From Paracoccaceae bacterium (lineage in GTDB: Bacteria; Pseudomonadota; Alphaproteobacteria; Rhodobacterales; Rhodobacteraceae), in assembly GCA_020446815.1 (NCBI GenBank), contig JAGRDY010000001.1, forward strand, positions 5,203 to 69,202: 64,000 nt of DNA, in the 5' to 3' direction. Below the pieces are notes generated by a model, which saw only the letters and a program-made list of their open reading frames with translations, searched no databases and was not told the origin of the DNA. The position numbers and the translations under genes are program-made. Below, one piece after another: positions 27,399 through 38,031 of this stretch. The first letter of the stretch is position 1, and each line of letters opens with the position of its first letter.

Positions 27399-28322
27399 AT
27401 GATCCTTTGCTGTGGTGAGGCATTGATCGACATGTTGCCGACACGCACGCCAGATGGTGGCGCGGCTTATGCGCCATATCCGGGCGGCGCGGTTTTCAAC
27501 ACTGCCGTAGGATTGGGTCGGCTGGGTGTGCCGACCGGGCTTTTTTGCGGCATTTCAACCGACATGTTCGGCAAGATGCTTGTCGACGCCCTGTCGCTGT
27601 CGGATGTTGGCACGGGGTTGGCCGTTCGCTCGGCGCGCCCGACGACATTGGCCTTCGTCGATATGGTGCACGGCCAGGCCAGCTACGCCTTTTACGATGA
27701 AAACACCGCAGGGCGGATGCTGCGGGCCAGTGACCTGCCAGACCTGCCCGAAGAAGTGGATGCACTGTTTTTCGGTGGCATCAGCCTGGCCGCCGAACCT
27801 TGCGGCACTGCCTATGAAGCGATGCATCTGCTTGCATCACCCCGGCGCTTGACCATGATCGATCCGAACATCCGCCCCGGTTTCGCCACCGATGAAGCGG
27901 CCTACAGGCGCAGGCTGACACAGATGATTTCGGCGGCCGACATCGTCAAGCTTTCGCACGAGGATCTGCATTGGCTGTCTGGCCCTGGCGGCGTCGAAAC
28001 ACTGGCTAACGACATATTGTCAATGGGCCCGAGGGTTGTGTTCGTCACCGAAGGCGCCAAAGGGGCACATGGGTTCACACCACAAAACGCCGTGTTCGTG
28101 CCCGCGCCCAAAGTCACGGTGGCCGATACCCTTGGTGCGGGCGACGCGTTCAACGCCGGCGTTCTGGCAGAGTTGCGCCGCCTCGGGGTTTTGCGAAAAA
28201 CCGCAATCGCCGGGATTTCAAGCGCGCAGCTGACCGAGGCATTGACGCTGGGCGTCCGTGCCGCTGCGGTGGCTGTTTCGCGGCCCGGCGCCAATCCGCC
28301 CTGGCTGGCGGAAATCACCTGA
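27399..28322 (+). CDS. PfkB-family carbohydrate kinase (fructokinase-like)
   Basis: [14 protein letters not shown]...[15 protein letters not shown]...[12 protein letters not shown] has PfkB signatures 1 and 2. Confidence 0.8.
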   Translation: MILCCGEALIDMLPTRTPDGGAAYAPYPGGAVFNTAVGLGRLGVPTGLFCGISTDMFGKMLVDALSLSDVGTGLAVRSARPTTLAFVDMVHGQASYAFYDENTAGRMLRASDLPDLPEEVDALFFGGISLAAEPCGTAYEAMHLLASPRRLTMIDPNIRPGFATDEAAYRRRLTQMISAADIVKLSHEDLHWLSGPGGVETLANDILSMGPRVVFVTEGAKGAHGFTPQNAVFVPAPKVTVADTLGAGDAFNAGVLAELRRLGVLRKTAIAGISSAQLTEALTLGVRAAAVAVSRPGANPPWLAEIT

Positions 28323-28759
28323 TGCGGGCGCTGGTTCAGCGGGTCAGCCACGCGCGGGTCGAGGTTGCCAAGCAGGTGGTGGGCGAGATCGGCCCGGGCC
28401 TGTTGATTCTGGTTTGCGCCATGAAGGGCGATAGCGAAACCCATGCCGGACAACTCGCTGCGAAAATCGCCAAACTGCGGATATTCGGTGATGCCGAGGG
28501 CAAGATGAACCTCTCGTTGTCAGACACTGGCGGCGCGGCCCTGGTCGTCAGCCAGTTCACACTGGCCGCCGATACCTCACGCGGCAATCGCCCGGGTTTT
28601 TCGACGGCGGCGCCGCCGGAAGAAGGTGAAAGGCTCTACCGGCATTTTTCCGCTGCGCTTGGCGCGATGGGTATATCGGTCGCCAATGGCGCGTTCGGCG
28701 CTGACATGGATGTTCATCTGACCAATCAAGGCCCCGTCACCGTCTGGCTGGAGATTTGA
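28322..28759 (+). CDS. dtd: D-aminoacyl-tRNA deacylase
   Basis: [15 protein letters not shown]...[17 protein letters not shown]...[15 protein letters not shown] is canonical Dtd. The ATG overlaps the kinase stop codon (TGATG). Confidence 0.95.
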   Translation: MRALVQRVSHARVEVAKQVVGEIGPGLLILVCAMKGDSETHAGQLAAKIAKLRIFGDAEGKMNLSLSDTGGAALVVSQFTLAADTSRGNRPGFSTAAPPEEGERLYRHFSAALGAMGISVANGAFGADMDVHLTNQGPVTVWLEI

Positions 28760-28798
28760 AAAAGGCCCGGCAAGCCGCTACCCAACCGCGAAGGCCGA

Positions 28799-30604
28799 TC
28801 AGCGTTCGGTCAGTTTCAACTCGATCCGCCGGTTCTGCGCGCGTCCTTCGGGTGTATCGTCCGACGCCACGGGCCAATATTCGCCAAATCCCGTCGCCGC
28901 CAGACGTTCCGGCGGGAAACCAAGGTCATTTTGCATGAAGCGAACGACCGACAGGGCGCGCCCCTGGCTCAGTTCCCAGTTGTCGCGATACTTGCCCGTG
29001 CCGGCCAGCGGCACATTGTCGGTATGACCATCGACGCGGATGATCCAGTCGATTTCGGGCGGAATGGCGGCCGCGACCTCTTGCAGGGTCGACACCACCC
29101 CGGCGATCTGGCTGCGCCCTTCGGCGGAAAGATCGGCCGAGGCCGGTTCAAACAGCACTTCGGAAGAAAAGACAAAGCGGTCGCCGACAACACGCACCCC
29201 TTCACGCCCGGCCAACACTTCGGAAAGTTTGCCAAAGAATTCGGAACGATAGCGCGAAAGCTGCTTGGTTTCGGCTTTCAACGCCTCGGCTTCAGCCGCC
29301 AAACGCTTGGCTTCCTCTGCCAGCCTGAGCTTTTCGGCCTCCTCAAGGGCAGCGCGGCGGCGTTGTTCCGAGGCCACCTGTGCCAGGGCTGAATTGAGCT
29401 GCGCGCCCAGCGTCTCGATCTGAACCTTGGCCTCTTTGTCTTTGGCCGCGGAGGCATCCAGCAAACCCTGAAGCGCGCCAAGCTGGCCGCGCAAGGCGGA
29501 CACCTGACTGTTGAGGAGTGCCAGCTTGCGGGCGGCTTCGGCCGAAAGGGCCTTTTCATTGTCCAGCGCCGAATTGGCTTCGGCCAGAAGCGCGGCGCGT
29601 TGGTCGGCCTCGGTCATCGACGCATCGGCAGCCGTTTCGGCGGCTTTCCGCGCGGCCAGTGCGGCCGCGATCTGGCGCTCCATCTTCTGACGCATCTCGC
29701 TCAACGCCGCCTGATTGCTCGCCACCGAGGCGCGCGCCTCTGCAAGTTCTTCGGCTGTGGACGTCTGCACCAGCAGCGCCGCGGCCAGTTTGCCATCGAG
29801 ATCCTTGCGTGCCGCATTCGCCGCCGCAAGAAGGGTAAGCGTGTCTTCTGCCTCGCGGCGCTCATTTTCGAGCGCGAGTGTCATCGACGTCAGCTCGTCT
29901 TCGGCGCCTTTGAGTTTTTCACGCAAGGCGGCGGCGGCGGCGGCTTCGGTCAACCGGGCCGCTTCCGCATCCGACAGTTTTTCCGCTGTGGCGTCTCTTT
30001 CGGCGCGAAGCTCGGCCGTCATCGCCTCAAGCGCTTCACGCCGCGCTGCGGCAAGGCGCGCGGCTTCGACCTGTGCGTCTATTTCCTGCCGCGCCTTTGC
30101 GACCGCGAGGTCAAGCGCCTCTTGCGCGGTCAAAAGCTCGTCGCGGGCCCTGGTCAGGTCGGCGACCTCGGCGCGTGCCGTATCACGTTCGCCAAGCAGC
30201 GTTGCGACCTGGGCTTCGAAATCGGTAATCCTGGCGTTGGCGGACGACAGTTTCCGGGTTTGTCCTTCGATCTGCGAAGTCAGCGTGGCGATCAGCGAAG
30301 ATTGTTGATCGGCCTTGGACCGGGCAGCGGCCAGATCGGCGTTAAGCCCGGTCACGTCGCTTTCCAGAGCCGCGCTGCGGCGACGTTCGAGGCCCAGCGC
30401 ATCAGCAAGCCCGGCCACTTGCGACGACAATGCGTCAAGTTCGACATCCTGGGTGCTGATCGTTTCACGCAAGGAAAACTGCACGATCATGAAGATCGTC
30501 AGAACGAACATGAGCACCATCAGAAGCGCGGTCATCGCATCGACGAAACCCGGCCAGATGGTCGACGAGAATCTTTGTGCGCTGCGCCCGCCTGAAAGTG
30601 CCAT
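28799..30604 (-). CDS. MotB-like TM plug plus ~400-aa coiled coil plus OmpA-type peptidoglycan-binding domain
   Basis: N-terminus WPGFVDAMTALLMVLMFVLTIFMIV parallels the MotB YADFMTAMMAFFLVMWL segment, including the Asp (codon 30539-30541). Long A/E/L/R-rich heptad-like region. C-terminal OmpA block (VDGHTDNVPL...NWELSQGRALSVVRFM...NRRIELKL). Confidence 0.8.
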   Translation of the reverse strand: MALSGGRSAQRFSSTIWPGFVDAMTALLMVLMFVLTIFMIVQFSLRETISTQDVELDALSSQVAGLADALGLERRRSAALESDVTGLNADLAAARSKADQQSSLIATLTSQIEGQTRKLSSANARITDFEAQVATLLGERDTARAEVADLTRARDELLTAQEALDLAVAKARQEIDAQVEAARLAAARREALEAMTAELRAERDATAEKLSDAEAARLTEAAAAAALREKLKGAEDELTSMTLALENERREAEDTLTLLAAANAARKDLDGKLAAALLVQTSTAEELAEARASVASNQAALSEMRQKMERQIAAALAARKAAETAADASMTEADQRAALLAEANSALDNEKALSAEAARKLALLNSQVSALRGQLGALQGLLDASAAKDKEAKVQIETLGAQLNSALAQVASEQRRRAALEEAEKLRLAEEAKRLAAEAEALKAETKQLSRYRSEFFGKLSEVLAGREGVRVVGDRFVFSSEVLFEPASADLSAEGRSQIAGVVSTLQEVAAAIPPEIDWIIRVDGHTDNVPLAGTGKYRDNWELSQGRALSVVRFMQNDLGFPPERLAATGFGEYWPVASDDTPEGRAQNRRIELKLTER

Positions 30605-30606
30605 CG

Positions 30607-31824
30607 CTAACCCCGCCGTGCCGGCCCCGTGGCCGCATCAATACGCGCCAGGGTGCGCACCGTGCGTGTCAGCTCCGCCAGATCGCCGCGCAGATCGGCG
30701 ACGCTTTCCTGCCGGCCCGCGGCCACCTCTTCCAACAGCCGCAAGAGTTGCACATCGATCGAGCGCAGCCGCATCCGGCTTTCAGCATCCACCCCATCCA
30801 CATGCGCCTCGGCTTCGCGCTCGTCGGCGGATTTGGCCGACAGGACCGCGAGCATCTTTTCCTGACCGTCGGCGATCCGCTTGAGCGTGGCCGCCGAGCC
30901 CGCCTCGGAGGCCAGTTCATTGGAAAGGCTTTCAACTGCGGCGGCCACGCCTTCCAGTGTTTCGTTGATTGAATCGCGTTCGGCGGTGGATTGCACAAGG
31001 ATGGATTGCAGGATCGACACCTGTTCGGCCATGTGATCCATGCCTTTGAGGATCACGTCCTGATCCGCGTTGCCTTCCCCACCATCTCCGGCAAAGCTGA
31101 GCCGCGTGAATGAGGTCATCCATTCCTCGAGTTCGCGGTAGAAACGGTTCTGGCCGTGGCTGGCGAAAAGCTCCAGCAGCCCCACCACCAGCGATCCGGC
31201 CAGGCCCAGCAGCGAAGAAGAAAAAGCCGTGCCCATGCCACCAAGCTGCGCCTCAAGCCCGCTCATCAGCTTGTCGAACACCTGCATACCGGTTTCGCCG
31301 TCCTTCGGCGCCAATGCCCGGATCGTATCGACCACCGCGGGAACCGTCGTCGCAAGGCCATAGAAGGTTCCAAGAAGTCCAAGGAAAATCAACAGGTTGG
31401 TAAGATAGCGCGTAATGTCGCGCGCCTCGTCGATGCGGGTTGCCACGGATTCCAGGATCGACCGCGCCGACGAACTGGAGATTTGGCTGGTATGCTTGCC
31501 GCGCGAACGGAGCAGTGCCGCCAGCGGGGCCAGCATACGCGGGGCAATGGTGATTTCATGGCCCGGTCGATGGGCGGCAAAACCTTCGATCCAGATCACC
31601 GAACTGACAAGTTGGACGACCTGCCAGAAACAGGTCAACACCCCGAGAACGAAAACCCCAAGTATGAACCCGTTGAGATAGGGATTGGCGACAAAAATCG
31701 CGAAAATGCGCCCATAGGCGAAATTGGCCCCGGCCCCCACCAGCAGGACGACCAACAACATCAATGCGATCTGACGCACGGGTCTGGTAAAGAACGGCTC
31801 TGCCTCGCGCATGGGTTTATCCAT
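30607..31824 (-). CDS. MotA/TolQ/ExbB-family ion-channel protein with ~170-aa C-terminal coiled coil
   Basis: Four TM helices, including LIFLGLLGTFYGL and GTAFSSSLLGLAGSLVVGLLELF (MotA/ExbB signature helices). Stop codon lies 2 nt before the MotB-like ATG. Start uncertain (ATG at 31824 or 31812, TTG at 31866). Confidence 0.75.
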   Translation of the reverse strand: MDKPMREAEPFFTRPVRQIALMLLVVLLVGAGANFAYGRIFAIFVANPYLNGFILGVFVLGVLTCFWQVVQLVSSVIWIEGFAAHRPGHEITIAPRMLAPLAALLRSRGKHTSQISSSSARSILESVATRIDEARDITRYLTNLLIFLGLLGTFYGLATTVPAVVDTIRALAPKDGETGMQVFDKLMSGLEAQLGGMGTAFSSSLLGLAGSLVVGLLELFASHGQNRFYRELEEWMTSFTRLSFAGDGGEGNADQDVILKGMDHMAEQVSILQSILVQSTAERDSINETLEGVAAAVESLSNELASEAGSAATLKRIADGQEKMLAVLSAKSADEREAEAHVDGVDAESRMRLRSIDVQLLRLLEEVAAGRQESVADLRGDLAELTRTVRTLARIDAATGPARRG

Positions 31825-31927
31825 CTGGATCGCTAACCCTGTCCTTGTTCTTCGTTGCTGGCACAATATGCACTACTATTGCCGGTGCCAAGCCGTATCG
31901 GCGACCGGCCTGTGGAGTTTGCCGGGA

Positions 31928-32476
31928 TTATTGGCCGCGCGTGGCCGAAATGACGGCGCGCACCCTGGCGGCCAGCCAGTCGAGATCGGGATCGGCGATG
32001 CCGAGCTCGGCCAGATGTGCCGCGGTGTTCCACAAATATTCGGTGTTGGGCCCCCGCCCACCAACCGCATGGGCGATGATGCTGGCCTGTTCGCCAAGGT
32101 CGAGCCCACCGCAATACTGCACATGATCGGGGTCGATGACATATGACACGGCGTCGACGGTTCGGCCGTCAGCCAACGCAACGGGCAGCGTCATTTCCAG
32201 ATAAGCCGAAGAAATGAGTTCGCGCTCGCGCAGGTAGGCAAGGGTCGGTTCGCAGTCGGCCGGAGCCACCGAAAAAGCCACACCGTCGCAGTGGCTTTCA
32301 TCGGCCTTATCGAGTGCAAGCACCAGCCCCGGATGGTCGACCGTGCCGCGATGATGAATGGAGCGCATGCAGAAAGACCGGTGCCAACCCCAGAGCCGCG
32401 CCTTCACCCGTTCCTGATAGGCAAAGCCCGGTTCCCAAAGAAGCGAGCCATAGCCAAAGACCCAAAGAGAATTCAT
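31928..32476 (-). CDS. chaC: Glutathione-specific gamma-glutamylcyclotransferase (ChaC family)
   Basis: From the ATG at 32476. MNSLWVFGYGSLLWEPGF...GTVDHPGLVLALD...YLRERE matches ChaC. Confidence 0.85.
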   Translation of the reverse strand: MNSLWVFGYGSLLWEPGFAYQERVKARLWGWHRSFCMRSIHHRGTVDHPGLVLALDKADESHCDGVAFSVAPADCEPTLAYLRERELISSAYLEMTLPVALADGRTVDAVSYVIDPDHVQYCGGLDLGEQASIIAHAVGGRGPNTEYLWNTAAHLAELGIADPDLDWLAARVRAVISATRGQ

Positions 32477-32549
32477 CCGCCACCCGCTGGTTCCTGCCTT
32501 GAATGGCCTATAAACATCATCGTGACGCAACAAGAAAGGCCTTACTGCT

Positions 32550-33536
32550 ATGCGTTTGATGCTTTGGCTGATGGCCGTGGCGGCGGTGCTCTATGGCGGT
32601 TTCTGGGTCGTCGGTTCCCGTGCCGTGCTGACCGGCACCAATGCCGCGCTGGCCGGCCTGAAGGCCGAGGGTCGCGGCGATTTCGGCACGGTGTCGTTGT
32701 CGGGCTTTCCCTCGCGCTTCGATCTGCGCATCGAGACGCCATCATTGCAAAGCACCGATGGCCTTGTCGCGTGGCAGGCGCCCTTTTTGCAGATCTACGC
32801 CTTGTCCTACAAACCCAATCACATCATCACGGTCTTTCCTTCGACGCAAACTGTCACTCTTGCAAGCCAAGCGCTGAACATCGCCTCGATGGATAGCCGC
32901 GCCAGCATTGTCCTTGGCATCGGGGCCGACCTTCCCGTGGACCATGCCCAGATGGTGAGCGAAAAGGTCAGCATCGCTTCAGATATGGGCTGGAGCGCAA
33001 ACCTTGCCGTGGCGCGGCTGGCAATCCGCCAGGACAAGACAGAGGCCAATGGACAGGAAATCGGTATCGAACTTTTCGGCATCGATCTGTTGGACACCCC
33101 CGCCGTTCTGATGGCCGGCTCCGCGCCGCCGCCGATGCGGATAGATCGCGCCAGGCTTGACGCCACGCTGAGCCTGGACGGGCCCATAAACCGGTTCACC
33201 CCGCAAGATGGTATAGGGATACAAACGGTCGATATCCGGGCGCTGGAACTTGACTGGGGCAAGGTACGGCTTCGCGGCGAAGGGACGTTGGTGATCGATG
33301 CCGCGGGCCAGCCCGAAGGGCGCATCGACCTGCGTGTCACCGATTGGCGGAAGGTCATGACGGCGGCCACGGATCTGGGGCTGGTGCGGACCGAATTCGC
33401 CAAAACCGCCGAAAACGCGCTGGCGCAGTTGGCACTGGCCTCTGGCGACGCCGAAACTCTGGAAATGCCGCTGAAATTTTCCGCAGGGCGGGCAAGCCTT
33501 GGCCCCTTTCCCTTGGGCCCGGCCCCACAATTCTGA
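32550..33536 (+). CDS. DUF2125-type membrane-anchored protein
   Basis: N-terminal anchor MRLMLWLMAVAAVLYGGFWVV, then SGFPSRFDLRIETPSL..., as in alphaproteobacterial DUF2125 proteins (family recalled from memory). Confidence 0.65.
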   Translation: MRLMLWLMAVAAVLYGGFWVVGSRAVLTGTNAALAGLKAEGRGDFGTVSLSGFPSRFDLRIETPSLQSTDGLVAWQAPFLQIYALSYKPNHIITVFPSTQTVTLASQALNIASMDSRASIVLGIGADLPVDHAQMVSEKVSIASDMGWSANLAVARLAIRQDKTEANGQEIGIELFGIDLLDTPAVLMAGSAPPPMRIDRARLDATLSLDGPINRFTPQDGIGIQTVDIRALELDWGKVRLRGEGTLVIDAAGQPEGRIDLRVTDWRKVMTAATDLGLVRTEFAKTAENALAQLALASGDAETLEMPLKFSAGRASLGPFPLGPAPQF

Positions 33537-33624
33537 AGCTGGCCGCGCCTAAAGGTGTGGGGCCGAACGAAAGGCGGTGCTGCCGAAGGATAGCGCCGTC
33601 GGTCTGGCAGACCAACGCGGCCGG

Positions 33625-34545
33625 TTACGGGCCATCCGGTTTGCCGCGCCCGAAATCCGGGGCGGCCGTATCTTGTCCGGCCTCGATGATGCCGCGACGA
33701 ATGGCACGGGTCCGGGTGAAATAGTCGAACAGATGCTGACCGTCCCCCATGCGAATGGCCCGCTGTAGCGCCAGCAGTTCTTCGGTGAAGCGCCCGAGGA
33801 TATCCAGCGTCGCCTCTTTGTTGGTCAGAAATACATCGCGCCACATGGTCGGATCGGATGCGGCGATACGGGTAAAATCGCGGAACCCGGCAGCCGAATA
33901 TTTGATGATTTCACTTTCCGTCACCCGGCGCAGGTGATCGGCGACGCCGACCATCGTATAGGCGATCAGATGCGGCGTGTGGCTGGTGACGGCCAGAACC
34001 AGATCGTGATGCTCTGGCTCCATTTCCTCGACATTGGCCTTCATGCCTTGCCAGAAGGCGCGCAACCGTGCCACGGCCTCTGGATCCGCGGCACCCGGGA
34101 TCAACAGGCACCAGCGGTTTTCAAATAGCGTGGCAAAGCCCGACCGCGGGCCGGAATGCTCTGTCCCGGCCAGCGGGTGGCCGGGAATGAAATGCACCCC
34201 GGGAGGAATGTGCGGGGCGACGGCCGCGATCACCGCCTGCTTGACCGAACCGACATCGGTCACCGTCGCACCAGGTTTCAGACAGGGGCCAATCTCGGCG
34301 GCGACGGCCCCCATCGCGCCCACCGGTACGGCCAGAACCACAAGATCGGCACCCCTGACCGCCTCGGCGGCGCTGGCGAATACCTCGTCGCAAAACCCCA
34401 GTTCAATCGCTGCACTGCGGCTGCCTTCGGATTTTGCGTGCCCGGCGATGCTTTCGGCCAGCCCCCATTTCCTGATCGCGTGGCCGATCGAGGAAGCGAT
34501 CAGCCCCAGCCCGATCAGGGCAACACGGCCATAGACCTTGCCCAT
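33625..34545 (-). CDS. tyrC: Prephenate/arogenate (cyclohexadienyl) dehydrogenase
   Basis: From the ATG at 34545 ([24 protein letters not shown], Rossmann motif). GHPLAGTEHSG catalytic block. Start overlaps the hisC stop codon by 1 nt (TGATG). Confidence 0.85.
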   Translation of the reverse strand: MGKVYGRVALIGLGLIASSIGHAIRKWGLAESIAGHAKSEGSRSAAIELGFCDEVFASAAEAVRGADLVVLAVPVGAMGAVAAEIGPCLKPGATVTDVGSVKQAVIAAVAPHIPPGVHFIPGHPLAGTEHSGPRSGFATLFENRWCLLIPGAADPEAVARLRAFWQGMKANVEEMEPEHHDLVLAVTSHTPHLIAYTMVGVADHLRRVTESEIIKYSAAGFRDFTRIAASDPTMWRDVFLTNKEATLDILGRFTEELLALQRAIRMGDGQHLFDYFTRTRAIRRGIIEAGQDTAAPDFGRGKPDGP

Positions 34546-35630
34546 CACACGCGCCCCTTGAACTGGCCAATGGCATGGGCCACCCGGCGGCAGGCGGATT
34601 CGTCGCCGACCGTGATACGCAGGCATTGCGGCAACCCGTAGGCCCCGACACGCCGGACGATCAACCCCTTGCTTTGCAAAAAGTCGTCACAAGCCGCCGC
34701 TTCGTCCTCGTCACTGAAACGGGCAAGGATGAAATTGGTGGTCGAGGCATCGGACGGCACCCCGCGTTCGGCCAGTGTATCGGCCAGCCAGGTGCGCATC
34801 CGCGCATTATCCTCGCGGCAGCGCGCCACATAATCGCGGTCGTGCACCGCGGCTTCGGCGGCACCCATCTGGGCCGCCGACAGGTTGAATGGATTGCGGA
34901 TGCGGTTCAGCACATCGACAATTTCCTGTGGACCGTAACCCCAGCCGACGCGCAACCCGCCAAGGCCATAGATCTTGGAAAACGTCCGCGTCATGAAAAC
35001 ATTGGGGCGCAAGGCCGCGAGCGCCGCCCCACCGTCGTAACCTTCGACATATTCGGCATAGGCGCCGTCCAGCACCAGGATGGCGCGTTTGGGAAGGCCG
35101 TCGGCCAGACGGGCGATTTCAGGCAGGCCGATCATGGTGCCGGTGGGGTTGTTGGGATTGGCCAGGAACACGATGCGGGTTTTCGCCGTGGCGGCCGCAA
35201 GGATCGCATCGACATCGACTGTGCGGTCGCGTTCGGCCACCTTGACCGGTGTCGCCCCGACGGACCGGGCGCAGATCGGGTACATGAGGAATCCGTGCTC
35301 GGTATAGATCACTTCATCCTTTGCACCCGCATAGGCCTGACACAGCAAGAGCAAGATCTCATCCGACCCCGTGCCACAGATGATCCGCGCAGGGTCGAGC
35401 CCATGCACGTCGCCGATGGCCCGGCGCAAGGCCAGATGGTCTGTCGAAGGATAGCGGTGAAGCTGATGCACGGCGCGCTGGAACGCTTCCTTGGCCTTTT
35501 CGGACGGCCCGAAAGGGTTTTCATTGGACGAAAGCTTGACGGCATCGGCTATGCCCGCCACCTGTGCCGCGCCCCCCTGATAGAGCGCGATACCCATGAT
35601 TCCGGGCTGCGGGCGGATGTGTTCAGTCAT
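34545..35630 (-). CDS. hisC: Histidinol-phosphate aminotransferase
   Basis: 361 aa. [15 protein letters not shown], and [16 protein letters not shown] (PLP-lysine block) are canonical for HisC. Confidence 0.9.
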   Translation of the reverse strand: MTEHIRPQPGIMGIALYQGGAAQVAGIADAVKLSSNENPFGPSEKAKEAFQRAVHQLHRYPSTDHLALRRAIGDVHGLDPARIICGTGSDEILLLLCQAYAGAKDEVIYTEHGFLMYPICARSVGATPVKVAERDRTVDVDAILAAATAKTRIVFLANPNNPTGTMIGLPEIARLADGLPKRAILVLDGAYAEYVEGYDGGAALAALRPNVFMTRTFSKIYGLGGLRVGWGYGPQEIVDVLNRIRNPFNLSAAQMGAAEAAVHDRDYVARCREDNARMRTWLADTLAERGVPSDASTTNFILARFSDEDEAAACDDFLQSKGLIVRRVGAYGLPQCLRITVGDESACRRVAHAIGQFKGRV

Positions 35631-35726
35631 GGCAGTGACTCCCCAGTTCCACGCTTTCTAGCGAGCGGGCGAAGGCATTGCCAGCAGATAAGAATCCAAC
35701 CGGGGCCGGCCGCGATGACCCTTTGA

Positions 35727-37007
35727 TCAGTTTCTCCGGCTTTCATATGCATGGCCAAGGACCACCAGCAGCAGGATCAGCGCCCCGATTGTCGCCATGG
35801 TCGAGCCGGGGAAAAATGACGTGGCGCGATGGCCTTGCAGCCAGACGAAGACATCGGTCGGCTTGACGAACATGGCCACCCCGATGATCGCGGCGGCCAG
35901 GCTCGGGCCGCGCACCCGGACAAGCACCGGCAAGGCCACACCTATCAATACGAAATCATACATGTGCAGCGGCGAAAACGCCATTATCACCAGCACCTGC
36001 GCAACGATCATGTCGGCGGCAAACGCGGACCAGGGCCCGGTGTTTTTGCTGTAGGCCCAACGCAGGAACAGTGCCACGGCCCCGCAGGCAACCAGGGTGA
36101 TACCCAGTGCCGGAATATTGCCGATGCCGGTCGCCGCGAATACCCACAACAGATGGCGGATACCGGTCATCGCCACGGCCATGTTCGCCAACGCGATCCC
36201 GTCATAGGCACCTGTCTCGTGCAGCCAATCCAGGACCGCGGTGGCCTTCACCACCATCGGCGGCACGATCAGAGCCAGCGACACCAGCGCTGACGCCAGC
36301 ACCAGCCTGAGCCCCTGCCGCCCCGACAGCGCCAGCGCCAACGCCAGAACTGCGCCGATCTGCGGTTTCATGTAGGACAGGGCCAGACCGGCGATCACCA
36401 CGCCATGCCACCCGCGCGCCAGACCGCAGAGGATCAGCACGGCGCTCAGATAGATCGGCACCGAAAACTGGCCGACAAACACCGATAGGTGCATGGCCTC
36501 AAGCGAAGCCATGAAAGCGATATGCAGGCAGAAATACCCCAGCCGGGCAAGCCCAATCGACTGCGTGGATGTGGCAGAAACCCTTTCCAGCGGCAGCCAG
36601 AATGCCAGTGCGGCGCTGGCCAATACCACGGCCACCAGTTGAACGCAGAGCCATATCCGCCAGGCTGTCTCGATATCGAAAGGGGCCAGCGCCACACAAG
36701 GCAGCCACAGGTTGGGCGGGTAGGGCCAGATATCGGGGATGTTTCCGGATGCGATCAGGCGCGGCGCAGCTTCGATGAACGGGCCGCCATAGGGCGACAG
36801 GCCCTGCGCCCAAACCTTGCCCGCCACCCAGAAGTAGCGAAAGTCATAACCCGGCTCGCCAGCGCGTTCGAAAGCCATGCCGACAAGCAAACTCATCGTC
36901 ACCAAGGCAAACCAGGCGAGCAACAGCGCCAGCAGCAATTCCCCCCTGGACATGCCGATCGGCAGGGTAATCGAGCGCGGTTTCATCGTGATTGGCGTGT
37001 CGCGCAT
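35727..37007 (-). CDS. Polytopic membrane protein, GT87/DUF2029-like glycosyltransferase candidate
   Basis: 426 aa with about 11 predicted TM helices. N-terminal YDFRYFWVAGKVW block resembles DUF2029 mannosyltransferase-like proteins. Family call is tentative. Confidence 0.55.
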   Translation of the reverse strand: MRDTPITMKPRSITLPIGMSRGELLLALLLAWFALVTMSLLVGMAFERAGEPGYDFRYFWVAGKVWAQGLSPYGGPFIEAAPRLIASGNIPDIWPYPPNLWLPCVALAPFDIETAWRIWLCVQLVAVVLASAALAFWLPLERVSATSTQSIGLARLGYFCLHIAFMASLEAMHLSVFVGQFSVPIYLSAVLILCGLARGWHGVVIAGLALSYMKPQIGAVLALALALSGRQGLRLVLASALVSLALIVPPMVVKATAVLDWLHETGAYDGIALANMAVAMTGIRHLLWVFAATGIGNIPALGITLVACGAVALFLRWAYSKNTGPWSAFAADMIVAQVLVIMAFSPLHMYDFVLIGVALPVLVRVRGPSLAAAIIGVAMFVKPTDVFVWLQGHRATSFFPGSTMATIGALILLLVVLGHAYESRRN

Positions 37008-37130
37008 TTTCCCCGCTCACCCATTCGTTGCCTGACATCTTGGTTCAGACTTACCGGTCAATGCGGCCACAATGCGGGGGCGCTCCGGCCTTTTCATGGC
37101 CGGAAAAGGCATCAGGGATTGAATCGCCAG

Positions 37131-37163
37131 AAAAAAGACCGCCGCGATCCCGCGCGACGGTCT
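37131..37163 (-). terminator. Putative rho-independent terminator of rpsD
   Basis: Minus strand AGACCGTCGCGCGGGATCGCGGCGGTCT imperfect hairpin followed by TTTTTTC. Confidence 0.5.
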
Positions 37164-37193
37164 TTGTATCCTGGACGCAAGCGAAACGCGGCG

Positions 37194-37814
37194 TCAGTTC
37201 TTGGCGTAATATTCGACAACCAGATTTGGTTCCATTTTCACCGCAAACGGCACATCGCCCAGGGCCGGGGTGCGCAGGAAGGTTGCGGTCATCTTGGAAT
37301 GGTTGGTCTCGAGGTAATCGGGCACGTCGCGTTCGGACAGGCCGACGGCCTCAAGCACCAGCGCCAGCTGGCGCGACTTTTCGCGAACGGCGACAATATC
37401 GCCTTCCTTGACGCGGTAGGAGGCGATGTTGACCCTTGCACCGTTAACGGTGACATGGCCGTGGTTCACGAACTGGCGCGCGGCAAAGATCGTCGGCACG
37501 AATTTGGCGCGGTAGACGACGGCATCCAGCCGGCGCTCCAACAGGCCGATCAGGTTTTCACCGGTATCGCCCTTGATCCGCTCTGCCTCGGCATAGATGC
37601 GGCGGAACTGCTTTTCGGTCAGATCGCCGTAATGCCCCTTCAGCTTTTGCTTGGCGCGCAGCTGGGTGCCGAAATCGGAAAGCTTGTTCTTGCGGCGCTG
37701 GCCGTGCTGGCCGGGGCCGTATTCGCGGCGATTGACCGGGGACTTGGGGCGGCCCCAGATGTTTTCGCCCATGCGGCGGTCCAGTTTGTACTTGGCAGAG
37801 GTGCGTTTTGTCAC
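37194..37814 (-). CDS. rpsD: 30S ribosomal protein S4
   Basis: From the GTG at 37814 (AAGGAG Shine-Dalgarno sequence). (M)[41 protein letters not shown]... is canonical S4. The N-terminal extension in the ORF track is not coding. Confidence 0.95.
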   Translation of the reverse strand: MTKRTSAKYKLDRRMGENIWGRPKSPVNRREYGPGQHGQRRKNKLSDFGTQLRAKQKLKGHYGDLTEKQFRRIYAEAERIKGDTGENLIGLLERRLDAVVYRAKFVPTIFAARQFVNHGHVTVNGARVNIASYRVKEGDIVAVREKSRQLALVLEAVGLSERDVPDYLETNHSKMTATFLRTPALGDVPFAVKMEPNLVVEYYAKN

Positions 37815-38031
37815 CGCTGATCTCCTTCTATCGGGTGCCGCCAGAAAGGCGGCCATGAAGGGCGTTGTCCTTTTCCCCGCTTGTGCGGGTCCGACAGGAT
37901 TCCCCTTGCGGGGTCCACCAACACCAAATGAATGGCCCGGCACTCTGGTACCGGGACGGGCGGCTTATACAGGGACGGCTTGCAGAGTCAATGCCCGCGG
38001 GCGGCATGAGCGCGCCTTTTCCGCCCGCACG

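Noticed and set aside
28799-31866. Zorya (ZorAB) anti-phage system
   Set aside because: No ZorC, ZorD or ZorE-like genes flank the pair. In Zorya the long tail is on the MotA-like subunit, whereas here the longest coiled coil is on the MotB-like subunit. The context is housekeeping rather than a defence island. It is kept as a generic orphan stator-like pair instead.
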